From positions 2,021 to 66,020 of the IMG/VR virus record IMGVR_UViG_3300036791_000703: a DNA stretch of 64,000 nt, one strand, 5' to 3'. A program made the translations under genes and the position numbers. The first letter of the stretch is position 1, and each line of letters opens with the position of its first letter. Source of the DNA: a virus (taxonomy: Duplodnaviria; Caudoviricetes). The notes under the pieces are model-generated. The model was not told where the DNA came from. It did not search any database and saw only the letters and a list, made by a program, of their open reading frames with translations. Below, piece after piece: positions 46,614 through 56,389 of this stretch.

Positions 46614-48958
46614 TGGTTGAGATCGTAGAAAACAAAGTCACTATCGGCGCCAGCGTTGACATCAAGAACGCGTTCGACAGCGCCACCAAGAACTTCGTTG
46701 AGTATTTCAAGACCACCGATCAGTTTTGGAAGAACGCAACCCAGCGCGTCAAGGAGCACGAGGAGAACGCCCACAAGCTGGCGAAGCGCGTCGGCGGCAA
46801 GGGCAAGGAAGACATCGCTGGGGCATTCGGCACCGCCGCCGCAGGTTTGACCGGTTTTCTGACTGGCTTCATCGCCGGTGCCGTCAAAGAGGCGGAGCAC
46901 GGCATCATCGATGCCGTCGGGGCCATCATTACGGCTGGCGCCAATGAGGAGGATGCCGACAACCGATTGCTGTCGACCGGTAAGGTTACCCTTGATGGGC
47001 TCAGGCGATTGCACGATCGGTTTCACGAGTTTGGGCCGACGGTCGGCAAGTTCAGCAACGAGCTGAAAGACGAATACCTTGGGCTGATTCAAACCACTCC
47101 GAAGCTGTTGCCGTATTTCGAGACGATGCAGCGAATGAGGTTTGCCACCCAGGCGTCATGGCAATCCATAATGGCGTTGTCCAATCAGGCGTTGATTGCC
47201 GGTGTCAAACCGGCGGACATGCCGGATTATTTGAGGCGGGCAGGGGCAGCGTTTCTCAAGCTCGGTGACGATGGTGTCCAGGCCGGCACCAAGGTGACCG
47301 AGGCGTTTCGCCATGTCCAGGTCACCGGCACTGCTGCGATGAACGATGTCAATTCGATTCTCGCCGGCATCACGCCAGCTTTTCAAAACAACCCGATGAG
47401 GGCGGCCGACGCCCTTAGTCAATTCATCAACGAAGCCGCCAAGGGCACCAACGATTCCAAAACTATGGACTTGATGCGGCAGATGCAGAGCGGCCAGATC
47501 ACGCCGATCAAGTTTTTCGACGACATGATGGAGCGGCTCGATCCTTCGGGTAAGGACTTCCTGCTGCGGATGCAGGCCGACGATCTCACCAGAGACCTCG
47601 TGCAGAATTGGCAGACACAGCGCGATGTCATTCATGCGATAGCCGACAGAATTGTTACGCCGTTTCGTGAGTGGCCGATCTTCAGCGAGTCGCTGTCGCG
47701 TGAACTACGTGAGTTCGCGGAAGCGCTTCACGAGCTTTCTCTTGTGCTTAATACGTTGCTTCCAGTGACCAACACCATCAGGGCCGCGAAGGACGCGCTC
47801 CATTCCATAGTCGAGGACTTCAAGAGTGTAAACGCTGCCAAGGATGCGCTGGTGGAGGGTGTGACTGGCGGGAAACTATGGGAGTTATATAAATCACTTT
47901 TGGGAATAAATCCGGCGGTTTTACAGTATCAAGCGGCCAAAGCCATATGGAATAATTTAGTTCGCACGCCGCCGCCACCGGCGCCACTGCCGGAAGCTCC
48001 GCCTGGGACCTACCCGTCGGTCGAGGGCGAAGGGAAGCCGGTGCGCTTCACCGGCTCCGACGACAATGAGGCCGACGTTCACGAGATGGCGATGGCCGCT
48101 GAGCGTGGCGGCGCCGCGTTCACACCCGGTGCCGGTGAGTCTCCATGGCCGATGTTCGCAGGCGTGCCTGTGGGCGACTACGGCAGGGGTTTTGATTATG
48201 GTCCCGCCGGTGTCAGTCCCGCGGGTGGCGCTGGCGCGGGTGGGTACTACGGCGGTGCCGGCGAAGGCTACGATCAACCAAGTTCAACACCGTCAGCGCC
48301 GTCAACGCCGTCAGCATCACCATCATCGACTTCTCCATCGCCAACCACGCCATCATCACCGGCGGCACCTGCCGTCGGCGGCGACCAGTACAAGTCCGAC
48401 GTAGATTGGCTGCAGTCGCGTGGTGGTCACGATGCCCGTGACAGCAGTGAGCCCGGCGGCATCAAGCCTGAAATGGCCGCGCGGCTGCGAGCCGCCGGTG
48501 AAGCTTACGAGAAGCAGACCGGGAAGAAGGCGAACTTCGGCGAGATGTTTCGCGACAAGGCGCGGCAAGAAAAATACTACGCCGCCTATAAGAGTGGTCG
48601 CGGCGGTCTCGCCGCTCGTCCCGGCTATTCCCGCCATGAGCAGGGTGAGGCGACAGACGTTCCGCGCGGCGGGTTTCTTGATTGGCTTCATGGCGGCGGG
48701 GCAGGCCAGCATGGCTTAGGGTTCTTGTCTGGCAAAGCCTTTCAGATGGACCCTGTTCACGTTCAGATGGATCGCGGCTGGAAGGGGCAAAAAGCTCCTT
48801 CTGCGGAAGCATCCAAGCCGATCAAGGTCTCGATGGAGGTTGAGCCGCCGCCACGCTGGCAGCTCGAACGCGCGGCCCGCTACACCGATCAACTCGGCAA
48901 CCGTCATGCTGAACGTCAGCAGCAAGCGAAAGGTGCCGGCGACATAGGATTTGCCTGA
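46610..48958 (+). CDS. Tape measure protein 2 with M15 (D-Ala-D-Ala-type) peptidase domain
   Basis: Paralogous helical N-terminus; FR....Q...AARPGYSRHEQGEATD...DPVHVQ. Confidence 0.85.
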   Translation: MMVEIVENKVTIGASVDIKNAFDSATKNFVEYFKTTDQFWKNATQRVKEHEENAHKLAKRVGGKGKEDIAGAFGTAAAGLTGFLTGFIAGAVKEAEHGIIDAVGAIITAGANEEDADNRLLSTGKVTLDGLRRLHDRFHEFGPTVGKFSNELKDEYLGLIQTTPKLLPYFETMQRMRFATQASWQSIMALSNQALIAGVKPADMPDYLRRAGAAFLKLGDDGVQAGTKVTEAFRHVQVTGTAAMNDVNSILAGITPAFQNNPMRAADALSQFINEAAKGTNDSKTMDLMRQMQSGQITPIKFFDDMMERLDPSGKDFLLRMQADDLTRDLVQNWQTQRDVIHAIADRIVTPFREWPIFSESLSRELREFAEALHELSLVLNTLLPVTNTIRAAKDALHSIVEDFKSVNAAKDALVEGVTGGKLWELYKSLLGINPAVLQYQAAKAIWNNLVRTPPPPAPLPEAPPGTYPSVEGEGKPVRFTGSDDNEADVHEMAMAAERGGAAFTPGAGESPWPMFAGVPVGDYGRGFDYGPAGVSPAGGAGAGGYYGGAGEGYDQPSSTPSAPSTPSASPSSTSPSPTTPSSPAAPAVGGDQYKSDVDWLQSRGGHDARDSSEPGGIKPEMAARLRAAGEAYEKQTGKKANFGEMFRDKARQEKYYAAYKSGRGGLAARPGYSRHEQGEATDVPRGGFLDWLHGGGAGQHGLGFLSGKAFQMDPVHVQMDRGWKGQKAPSAEASKPIKVSMEVEPPPRWQLERAARYTDQLGNRHAERQQQAKGAGDIGFA

Positions 48959-49494
48959 TGCCCAACAGTGGACAAGCTGGCCTTCCCGACTTCAGAAGCA
49001 CCCAGCCCGACGGCACGGGATGGTGGGCGCCGTCGCTCAACGATGGTGGTGGTCGGCCGGTGCTCTACAGTTGGGGATTGATCATGTTCGAAATCTTCCC
49101 GCTCAACATCCACGAAGTCGACCACGAGACTGCGACCGACTGGGCGCACAAGGAGATCGCTGGCGCGCCGATCTATCGCGAGTGGGTTGGCGAGAACGAC
49201 GAGCTGCTGCACTTTCGTGGGCGCATCTTCCCCTACCGCATCGGCGGCATGAGCGATCTGGAGCTTTTCGAGTCGATGCGCCAGAAGGGCGTCGTCAACG
49301 CGATGTTGCGCGGCAATCCGGCGATGATGATCGGCTGGTTCGCCTGTGAACGGTTGGTGCGCTCGCACACGTTTCTCTCGACCCAGGGCGTCGGCCAACA
49401 GGTCACCTTCGAGGCGGTGATGGCGCGCTTCCCGGTGCCGGACTCGTCGTCCTACTTTTCGCAGATTTGGCAAACCACGGGAGCGGCAGCCTGA
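48958..49494 (+). CDS. Tail protein (P2 gpU-like)
   Basis: WG...FE.....H.....W....I.G.....E.VG..E...F.G..FP...G.....GW pattern. Confidence 0.88.
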   Translation: MPNSGQAGLPDFRSTQPDGTGWWAPSLNDGGGRPVLYSWGLIMFEIFPLNIHEVDHETATDWAHKEIAGAPIYREWVGENDELLHFRGRIFPYRIGGMSDLELFESMRQKGVVNAMLRGNPAMMIGWFACERLVRSHTFLSTQGVGQQVTFEAVMARFPVPDSSSYFSQIWQTTGAAA

Positions 49495-49766
49495 TGGCGA
49501 TCACCGGTTTCGAGCTGTGGCAGGTGGGGAGCGAGTACGTCACCGCCGACCTCATCGTATGGAAGCGGTACAAGAACAAGGCGATCGGCATCGTCGAGAC
49601 CATGCTCGATGCCAATCCGCAGCTCGCGTTCTGCCACCGCGTGTCGCCGTTCATTCCGGTCGGCACCTTCGTGCGGGTGCCGATCGATCCTGATCTTATC
49701 GCCGGCAAGCCGCAGGTGAAGAGCCAGGACAGTCTCTGGACCGACAAGCAGGGGTACACCGTCTGA
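49494..49766 (+). CDS. Tail protein X (P2 gpX-like)
   Basis: DLIVWKRY...VE.MLDANP.LA...IPVGT.V.VP...LW. Confidence 0.88.
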   Translation: MAITGFELWQVGSEYVTADLIVWKRYKNKAIGIVETMLDANPQLAFCHRVSPFIPVGTFVRVPIDPDLIAGKPQVKSQDSLWTDKQGYTV

Positions 49767-51025
49767 TGGCGCTCACCGTCACGCTTGCCGACCCCACCAT
49801 CTTCGATCCCACTGGCAGTCCCTACGCGAACGCCGCCGATCCACAGCAAGCCAATCGATTGCGTGCTGATGTCGGCATTCAATTCGCCGGCATGTGGATC
49901 ACCGCGAAGACCTTGCCGTTTCTGATCAGCATGCGGCTTTTGACTGGCGCCCACATCGAAGACTACCAGTGCGAGATCGAACTCGATGATCGCGACGGCA
50001 CGCTGCCGATCCCGCCGATCGACTCGCCGCTCAATGTCATCATCGGATGGCGCGGTGAGGACTCGCCGATCGTCTGGGAAGGCGTCGTCCACGACATCGA
50101 GCACGGTTTCGGCCGCAAGCAGGGCGGTCGTCGGATGTGGGTGCATGGCTTCGGCGCCGAGCAGCTCAAGGGCGGCAAGGAGCCACAATACAATCACTGG
50201 GGTGAAGGTGCTCCCGATGGCCAGGAGAAGGGACAGATGATCCCGGTGTCGACGGTGCTGAAGGCGGCGGCGCAAGAGGCTCACCACAGTATCGAGGTGC
50301 ACCCGGATTTCGATGTAACGGCGATGCAGCAAGACTACTGGCAGCAGGCGGGTGAAAGTTATTACCACTTTGCCAAGCGCCTTGCCGATCAGATGGGCGC
50401 GGTGTTCCGCGTCAAGGGCGGCACCATCGGTCAGTTCACCAAGCAGGGTCAGAACATCGACGGCACACCGACACCAAACGTGACTGCGGTGTGGGCAAAG
50501 AACCTGATCGGCTGGCGGGTGCGGCCGTTGTCGGCACGGCCGATGTGGGCGAAAACCGGCGGCCACTTTTTCGATGTCAGCGGCGGGATGTGGAATAAGG
50601 TTACACAGGCGGTCCAGTCGCAGGCGCTCAACCTTGCCTCTTCTGAATTCCAGCGGTCGCAACCGGCACCCAATCAAGAGCAGGCCACCGCGGAGAACTC
50701 AGGTGATGACGACGGCATGGGCCAGCAGCAAGGACCCGGTCGCATCGTCATCAACGGTGAACCGAACGCGCAAGGCAACTGCTTAGTGCAGCTGGTCGGC
50801 GCGCGGCCCGGTGTCGACGGCACCTATTGGTGTTCGACCTGTGAGCACATCTACAGCCGCCAGGGCTACGTGACATGGTGTGATGTCAACGCCGTCCAGA
50901 TCACCGGCGGCTCTGACATCTACAAACTGCAAGGCGCCATCCCGCTGCCGCCGCCACGGCCGTCAAATGCGCCGGGTGGGCCGACGACACCGTTGCCGCC
51001 ACCACCGCTGCTAGGCGGCGGTTAA
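49766..51025 (+). CDS. Baseplate hub / late control protein (P2 gpD-like)
   Basis: EIELDDRDG...P, QAGES..F..RLA..GA..VKGG, GARPGVDG.Y....H. Confidence 0.9.
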   Translation: MALTVTLADPTIFDPTGSPYANAADPQQANRLRADVGIQFAGMWITAKTLPFLISMRLLTGAHIEDYQCEIELDDRDGTLPIPPIDSPLNVIIGWRGEDSPIVWEGVVHDIEHGFGRKQGGRRMWVHGFGAEQLKGGKEPQYNHWGEGAPDGQEKGQMIPVSTVLKAAAQEAHHSIEVHPDFDVTAMQQDYWQQAGESYYHFAKRLADQMGAVFRVKGGTIGQFTKQGQNIDGTPTPNVTAVWAKNLIGWRVRPLSARPMWAKTGGHFFDVSGGMWNKVTQAVQSQALNLASSEFQRSQPAPNQEQATAENSGDDDGMGQQQGPGRIVINGEPNAQGNCLVQLVGARPGVDGTYWCSTCEHIYSRQGYVTWCDVNAVQITGGSDIYKLQGAIPLPPPRPSNAPGGPTTPLPPPPLLGGG

Positions 51026-51105
51026 TCCAAAACTTCTTTCGACGCGACCGCCTCGCTTGTGGGGCGACGCCACCCTTTTGACCATCGCAACCCAAGGAGA
51101 CCGAC

Positions 51106-51480
51106 ATGGTCGCATCGCTCGAAAACCAAGTGCTCGACTTCGGCCTGAGCCAACTCTCGACGCTGTCATCCTATCTCTCGATCTGCTCCGCCGAGCCGAC
51201 CACCATCGCGATTGCTGCGACCTCCGGTCTGCTCGGCTACAAGAGCTGGGGCGCCGGTGGTGTGTTCGGCGCGCCCACAGCTGGCTCGCCCAATGGACGG
51301 ATGGTGTCATCGAACTCGATCACCGACGGCACCATTACCACGTCGGGTACGGCATCGTGGTGGGCGGTCTATGCTGCGGGCACGCTGCACGCGCATGGGA
51401 CGTTGAGTGCGGCGCAAGTTGTAACCGCCGGGAACACCTTCACGCTCACGTCATTCAATATTCGTATACCCAATCAGTGA
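51106..51480 (+). CDS. Small beta-sandwich virion fibre subunit
   Basis: AAGGAG RBS; VLDFGL...ICSAEP...G....GTA.WWA...L...Q.V..GN.F pattern seen in phage fibre-associated proteins. Confidence 0.65.
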   Translation: MVASLENQVLDFGLSQLSTLSSYLSICSAEPTTIAIAATSGLLGYKSWGAGGVFGAPTAGSPNGRMVSSNSITDGTITTSGTASWWAVYAAGTLHAHGTLSAAQVVTAGNTFTLTSFNIRIPNQ

Positions 51481-51551
51481 TCATAAAAAGTAGTTGACTT
51501 GTTTGTGTTAGTCAACCACTCTGATTGCGTCTCAAGGGAAGGCGCAATCAG

Positions 51552-52262
51552 ATGTGGGATATCGAAAACAAGCGAGTCAGCGCAGAGGCTTGGGCATGGT
51601 TCAACATGCTAGTCCGTTGCGCGAATGTGGAGCGAGACTGGCATAAACGCGGCATCACGGTCTGCGATCGGTGGCAGGTGTTTGCCAACTTCCTCGCCGA
51701 CATGGGCCGTCGCCCAGGACCTGAATTTTCTCTCGACCGGAAAAATAACGACGGCAACTACGAGCCCGGCAACTGTCGTTGGGCGACCGCGTCTGAGCAA
51801 ATGAAGAATAGGCGGACTTGGAAAAAGTCTGAAGCAGAAGTTGCCGCATGGATCGCTACCAATCGCGCCCTTGCTTTAGAGGGCAAGGGTGTCTGGGCGA
51901 AGGGTCTCAAGCGTCACTGGTCCCCGGAAGCGAAGGAGCGTTATCGCCAAAAACGATGGGGGCAGAAAGAGCAAGGACTTGGAATCAGCTCGCCAGCGGC
52001 ACGAGAGAAATTATCGCAGCGCAAGCGGGCGCCAGTCTCAGATGAGACTAAGCAAAAGATCAGTGCTGCGCAAAAAGGGCGGAAGCTCAGCGACGCTCAC
52101 GTTGCAGCACTGCGCGGTGCGTATGATGGCGAAGCCGGTCAAGAGCGTCGCACCAAAATGACAAAGGTGATGACGGGAAGAAAGGTCTCTGACGAGACGC
52201 GCCAAAAACAAAGTGAGGCTGCTAGGGTGCGTTGGGACCGCCACCGATCATCAGGGGAATGA
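51552..52262 (+). CDS. HNH-type homing endonuclease with NUMOD3-like repeats
   Basis: RGITVCDRW..F..F..DMG.RP....LDRKNNDGNYEPGNCRWAT; SDETKQKIS and SDETRQKQS; AT-richer codons. Confidence 0.85.
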   Translation: MWDIENKRVSAEAWAWFNMLVRCANVERDWHKRGITVCDRWQVFANFLADMGRRPGPEFSLDRKNNDGNYEPGNCRWATASEQMKNRRTWKKSEAEVAAWIATNRALALEGKGVWAKGLKRHWSPEAKERYRQKRWGQKEQGLGISSPAAREKLSQRKRAPVSDETKQKISAAQKGRKLSDAHVAALRGAYDGEAGQERRTKMTKVMTGRKVSDETRQKQSEAARVRWDRHRSSGE

Positions 52263-54124
52263 CCATGCTTGAGAAGCCGACGCTCACCTCGGACACCTTC
52301 GAGTGCCGCCACGGCACCTTCACCATCTTCAACGAGGACGAACTCGTCGGGATGTCGCTCGCGGTGTACGGCGAATATTCCGAGGGCGAGGTCGTCGTCT
52401 TCGAAAAGTGCCTTCGCGAAGGTCACGTCGCGATCGATGTCGGCGCCAACATCGGCGCCTTCACTGTGCCGATGGCGAAGCTGGTTGGCGACACCGGGGC
52501 GGTGATCGCATTCGAGGCGTCGGTGCAGAACGTCTCGCTGCTGGAAAAGAACATCAAGCAGAATGACCTCATCAACGTCATAGTAATTCCGGCTGCCGCG
52601 AGCGACACCACCGGCACGGTGAAGGTCTCCAAGCAGGATGCGCTGCATGCCTACACCCGGCCCGACATCAACGTCGGTGAGCTGGAAGTGCCGTGCCAGA
52701 CCATCGACAGCCTGGAGCTGGGCAAGTGCAACTTCATCAAGATCGATGTCGATCGCCACGAGCTGCAGGTGCTCAAGGGCGCCGAGCAGACGATCGCGAA
52801 ATTCAAGCCGATCATCTATGTCGAGAACGAGGATCAGGGAAACAGCGAGGCGCTGATCGCGTGGCTGGTCGAGCACGGCTATCGGCTGTACTGGCACCGG
52901 CCGTCGCACTTCAACCTGAAGAACTTTCGTGGTGTGCCGCCGGAGCGCAATCTGTTTGGCGTGCTGATCTCGATCATGATGCTGTGCGTCCCCGACAACG
53001 ACTGGAAGTGGGAGATCAACGGGCTCGACGAGGTCGCCGACATCCGCCAGGACGACGACATGTTCAACCGCGAGATCGCGCGCTACCAGCGGATCACCGC
53101 GAAGTTTCCCGACGATCTGATGTCGCGGCTGCTCACCGCGCACTACCTTAACCTGATGCAGCGCTCGGACGAGGCGATGGCGCTGATCAACGAGAACCTT
53201 GCCGCCGATCCAGCGCACAAGGCGTCGCTCAACATCAAAGCGCTGCTCGATCTGCAGGCCGGCCGCTGGCATGACGGCTGGAAGGGCTACGAGCTGCGCT
53301 ACGGCCACGCCAACAAGCACATGTTCGGTGGCGCGCGCGAGCACACCGCTCCACGCTGGGACGGCAAGCCGACCGAGGAGCCGCTGCTAATCTGGTCCGA
53401 GCAGGGCTTCGGTGACCAGATCATGTTCGCGCGGTTCTACGAGGACGTGATCACTCTCGCCCCTAACGCGGTCTTCGAGGTGCAGCCCGAGCTGTTCGAA
53501 TTGTTCGAGACCTCGTTTCCGCATCTCGAAATCTATCGGGTGCGCCGGACGCTGCCGTATTACGCGCTGCAGCTGCCGTTGCCGTCGGTGCCGGTGGTAC
53601 TCGACGCCGATGCGGCGATGATCATGGAGAGCGGTGATTCGTATCTCAAGGTCAATCCCATGATCACCGCAAACTGGCGCGGCCACGGCAATCATCCGTT
53701 CGCCCACGGCCGTGATCCGCTCAACGGTGCCCGCATCGGACTGTGCTGCGTCGGGTCGCTGACCAGCGAGCGGCCCTACACCCGCGATATCCCGAGCGAG
53801 CTGATCGCGCCGTTAGTCAAGCAGCATGGACCGTTCTTCTCGCTCGAACATTCCGGGCAGTTCGAGAGCTTCGCCACCACTGCCGGTGCGATCATGGCGC
53901 TCGATCTCGTCATCACCGTCGATACCTCGATCGCGCATCTCGCGGGTGCGCTCGGCAAGCCGGTGTGGCTGTTGCTGTCCTACGATCCGGACTGGCGCTG
54001 GGGGCTGACCGGTGAGACCAGCATCTGGTATCCCTCGATGCGCATTTTCCGCCAGCCCAAATTCCGCGACTGGAAATCGGTGATCGCGAACGTCAGCGCC
54101 GCCCTTGAGGAACGCTACGCGTGA
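52259..54124 (+). CDS. FkbM-family methyltransferase - TPR - glycosyltransferase (GT-B, GT9-like) fusion
   Basis: IDVGANIG...AFEA, FIKIDV...E..VLKG; TPR-like helices; EQGFGDQIMFARF; LDLVITVDTSIAHLAGALGKP...WRW...WYP. Confidence 0.9.
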   Translation: MTMLEKPTLTSDTFECRHGTFTIFNEDELVGMSLAVYGEYSEGEVVVFEKCLREGHVAIDVGANIGAFTVPMAKLVGDTGAVIAFEASVQNVSLLEKNIKQNDLINVIVIPAAASDTTGTVKVSKQDALHAYTRPDINVGELEVPCQTIDSLELGKCNFIKIDVDRHELQVLKGAEQTIAKFKPIIYVENEDQGNSEALIAWLVEHGYRLYWHRPSHFNLKNFRGVPPERNLFGVLISIMMLCVPDNDWKWEINGLDEVADIRQDDDMFNREIARYQRITAKFPDDLMSRLLTAHYLNLMQRSDEAMALINENLAADPAHKASLNIKALLDLQAGRWHDGWKGYELRYGHANKHMFGGAREHTAPRWDGKPTEEPLLIWSEQGFGDQIMFARFYEDVITLAPNAVFEVQPELFELFETSFPHLEIYRVRRTLPYYALQLPLPSVPVVLDADAAMIMESGDSYLKVNPMITANWRGHGNHPFAHGRDPLNGARIGLCCVGSLTSERPYTRDIPSELIAPLVKQHGPFFSLEHSGQFESFATTAGAIMALDLVITVDTSIAHLAGALGKPVWLLLSYDPDWRWGLTGETSIWYPSMRIFRQPKFRDWKSVIANVSAALEERYA

Positions 54125-55413
54125 CCGCTCACATTTACGATCTCGGGTCCTCGCAGACGATGCAGGGACCCGCGGTTTCTTTGCCGGTCGTCAATCCCAT
54201 TGCCGCCAACAGCACGATCGTCGTCGTCGTTGCGGTGGCAAGTCCGTATCAGGTCAGCGGCGGATACACCGTCACCGATAATTCCGGCAACAACTACAAG
54301 GCAGCCGCGGCATTCTTCCGCTTCGGCCAAACCGAAGCGATCATCGGGTGGCTTGGATTTTTCTATTGCCAGAACGCAAGGCGGGTCGCAGGCGGCACCA
54401 ACATCACCTTCAACGCCAACGTACAGCAGCCAGCGTCGACGGCGATCGCTGCATTCTGGGCGACCGGTCTCACCACCCTGGTCGATCCGTTGGCGACGAT
54501 CCGGACCGCCAACGGTGCCGCCGGCAGACCGACCATCACCTCGACCCTGTCGATGACATCCGGCGATTTGATGGCTGGTGTATGCGCGGTGTGCACATGG
54601 CCAGCCAACACGACCTACCACGAGGACACCACCGCGAAGTGGGCGTCGCCGCCATTCCAGAAGATCGCGACCGCCGATGCGCAGGTCGGGATCGCGGGCG
54701 CGACCGTCATCAATCCGAACGGCACCGCTGGCGTGACGTGGTCGCCCAACGTGACGGCGAATAGCTTCTGGATCGCGATCCTTGCCGGCTTCAAGGTCTC
54801 GTTCACAGCTGACATGTATGCCGACGACCTCATCGTTGGCTCGCCCCAGATCGACATGCCGGCGCGGTTCTCGATCTTCGGCAAGATGGTGCCGCGTCCG
54901 CTGATCGTGCAACCACCGTTCATCGGCATCCCGTCGACTGTCGTCGCCTCGCCGCAGGTGGTGTGTCTGACCCATCGCGACGACGGCGTTATGGAGTCAC
55001 TGTTCACCAACGTAAACGTCGACTTTTCGCTGGAGGGAACGCCGGGGACGCTGGTCGGGCGTACCAGCGTCGGCCGTGGTCAGGTCGAGGCGATCAATGT
55101 TCAGGAGCCGCTCTATCTCACCGACGGTGTGCTGTCGCTCGATACCGGCAGCCTCACCGGCGATCTTGAGACCAGAGTCGCCAATCTGGAAGCTGCGGTC
55201 GGGCCGCTGGTTCTTCAGATGGGCGGCGTTCAGCAGGCACTCGACAACATCAACGACCAGCTCACCTCGATCAACCAAGCGATAGCCGCGTTGCAGGCGC
55301 AGGTCGGCGGCGGCGACAACGTCTACATGTCGCCCCTCTACATGTACTCGTTTGGATCGCCGGAGATGGGTCAGCCTTCGATCACCGTTAGGGTCCCGAA
55401 CATAGCGCGCTAA
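54121..55413 (+). CDS. Virion accessory/fibre protein
   Basis: Beta-sandwich N-terminus, VGSP repeats, coiled coil (LETRVANLE). Confidence 0.7.
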   Translation: MTAHIYDLGSSQTMQGPAVSLPVVNPIAANSTIVVVVAVASPYQVSGGYTVTDNSGNNYKAAAAFFRFGQTEAIIGWLGFFYCQNARRVAGGTNITFNANVQQPASTAIAAFWATGLTTLVDPLATIRTANGAAGRPTITSTLSMTSGDLMAGVCAVCTWPANTTYHEDTTAKWASPPFQKIATADAQVGIAGATVINPNGTAGVTWSPNVTANSFWIAILAGFKVSFTADMYADDLIVGSPQIDMPARFSIFGKMVPRPLIVQPPFIGIPSTVVASPQVVCLTHRDDGVMESLFTNVNVDFSLEGTPGTLVGRTSVGRGQVEAINVQEPLYLTDGVLSLDTGSLTGDLETRVANLEAAVGPLVLQMGGVQQALDNINDQLTSINQAIAALQAQVGGGDNVYMSPLYMYSFGSPEMGQPSITVRVPNIAR

Positions 55414-55425
55414 AGGATCAGCCCA

Positions 55426-55596
55426 TTGATCGACATGCCGCCTGCACTCGACATCAACGTCGGCTCGCCAGTGCTAGCGATGCCGACAGTGGCACAGTTC
55501 GCGTGGGTGATCCTGTCGAGTCCGATTTCCGGCCAGATCGTGGCGACGCCACCGATCACCGCGGCCGTCGACATCGAACGAATTCCAATTTCCTGA
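55426..55596 (+). CDS. Small ORF with a VGSP motif
   Basis: AAGGA RBS, TTG 55426 or ATG 55435; INVGSPVLAMP; same frame as the upstream gene. Confidence 0.5.
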   Translation: MIDMPPALDINVGSPVLAMPTVAQFAWVILSSPISGQIVATPPITAAVDIERIPIS

Positions 55597-55714
55597 ATGG
55601 GTGCGGTCGAGCCCTGATGCGGCTGCATTCCAGAAGCCCGACCCGGACACGCCTTCCCGTCCGGGTCGGGTGCTACTTCCATACAGCAAAAACACAACAC
55701 TCGGTGAGGAACCG

Positions 55715-56104
55715 ATGCCGACGCATCATGACGATCTCGAATTGGTGGCCGGCGACGACTGGACGATTCCCGGCATGTTGACCGAGCCGGATGGCACTCC
55801 GCTCGATCTGTCGCAGTGCTCTGATATTCAGTGGATCATGCTCGGTCCCGACGGCAATCCCTGCCTGCCGCCGGGCTCGGCGACAGTGCAGATCGCCAGT
55901 CCGCCGACGCTCGGCAAGGTGCTGGTCACCGTGCCGAACCTCGTCACCAAGACGCTGCCGGCCGGCCGCTACGTCGATGCGATGCGGGTGATCATGGCGA
56001 CCAGCACCCGCGCCACGGTGTGGACTGGCGCCATCGCGGTCGACTCCAACGCGTTCGATTCGATCGACAACTTCCCTTCAGTGGCTCCACTGCGAAAGCA
56101 CTGA
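55715..56104 (+). CDS. BppU-N-like Ig-fold virion protein
   Basis: AGDDW......DGTPLDLS...G...V.V....T..L..G.Y pattern. Confidence 0.7.
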   Translation: MPTHHDDLELVAGDDWTIPGMLTEPDGTPLDLSQCSDIQWIMLGPDGNPCLPPGSATVQIASPPTLGKVLVTVPNLVTKTLPAGRYVDAMRVIMATSTRATVWTGAIAVDSNAFDSIDNFPSVAPLRKH

Positions 56105-56105
56105 C

Positions 56106-56360
56106 ATGATGAACCCTGGAATTCCTGAAGAGGTCGGCTCGACCACGCGAACCATGATCGATGCGCTCAAGGGTCAACCCGCGGTGCTCGCTTTGACGCT
56201 CGCGAACATCATGCTCCTGATCTTCATGTTTTACGCGCTCAGCGGCGCAGCGAAGTCGCGCGAGCTGTTGGTGGGGCAGATTCTGCAGAACAGCAACGCC
56301 ATTCACACCATGCTGCAGCAGCGTGCTGTTGCCTGCCCGGATGCCGGGCCAACGCTGTGA
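56106..56360 (+). CDS. Single-TM holin-like protein
   Basis: Met-Met start, one TM (VLALTLANIMLLIFMFY), last gene of the late operon. Confidence 0.55.
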   Translation: MMNPGIPEEVGSTTRTMIDALKGQPAVLALTLANIMLLIFMFYALSGAAKSRELLVGQILQNSNAIHTMLQQRAVACPDAGPTL

Positions 56361-56389
56361 GTGCATGACATCGAGGTCCCTCCGGCCCT

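Noticed and set aside
39561-51025. Tailocin or extracellular contractile injection system
   Set aside because: A complete head and packaging module and phage early genes are linked, so this is a phage tail.
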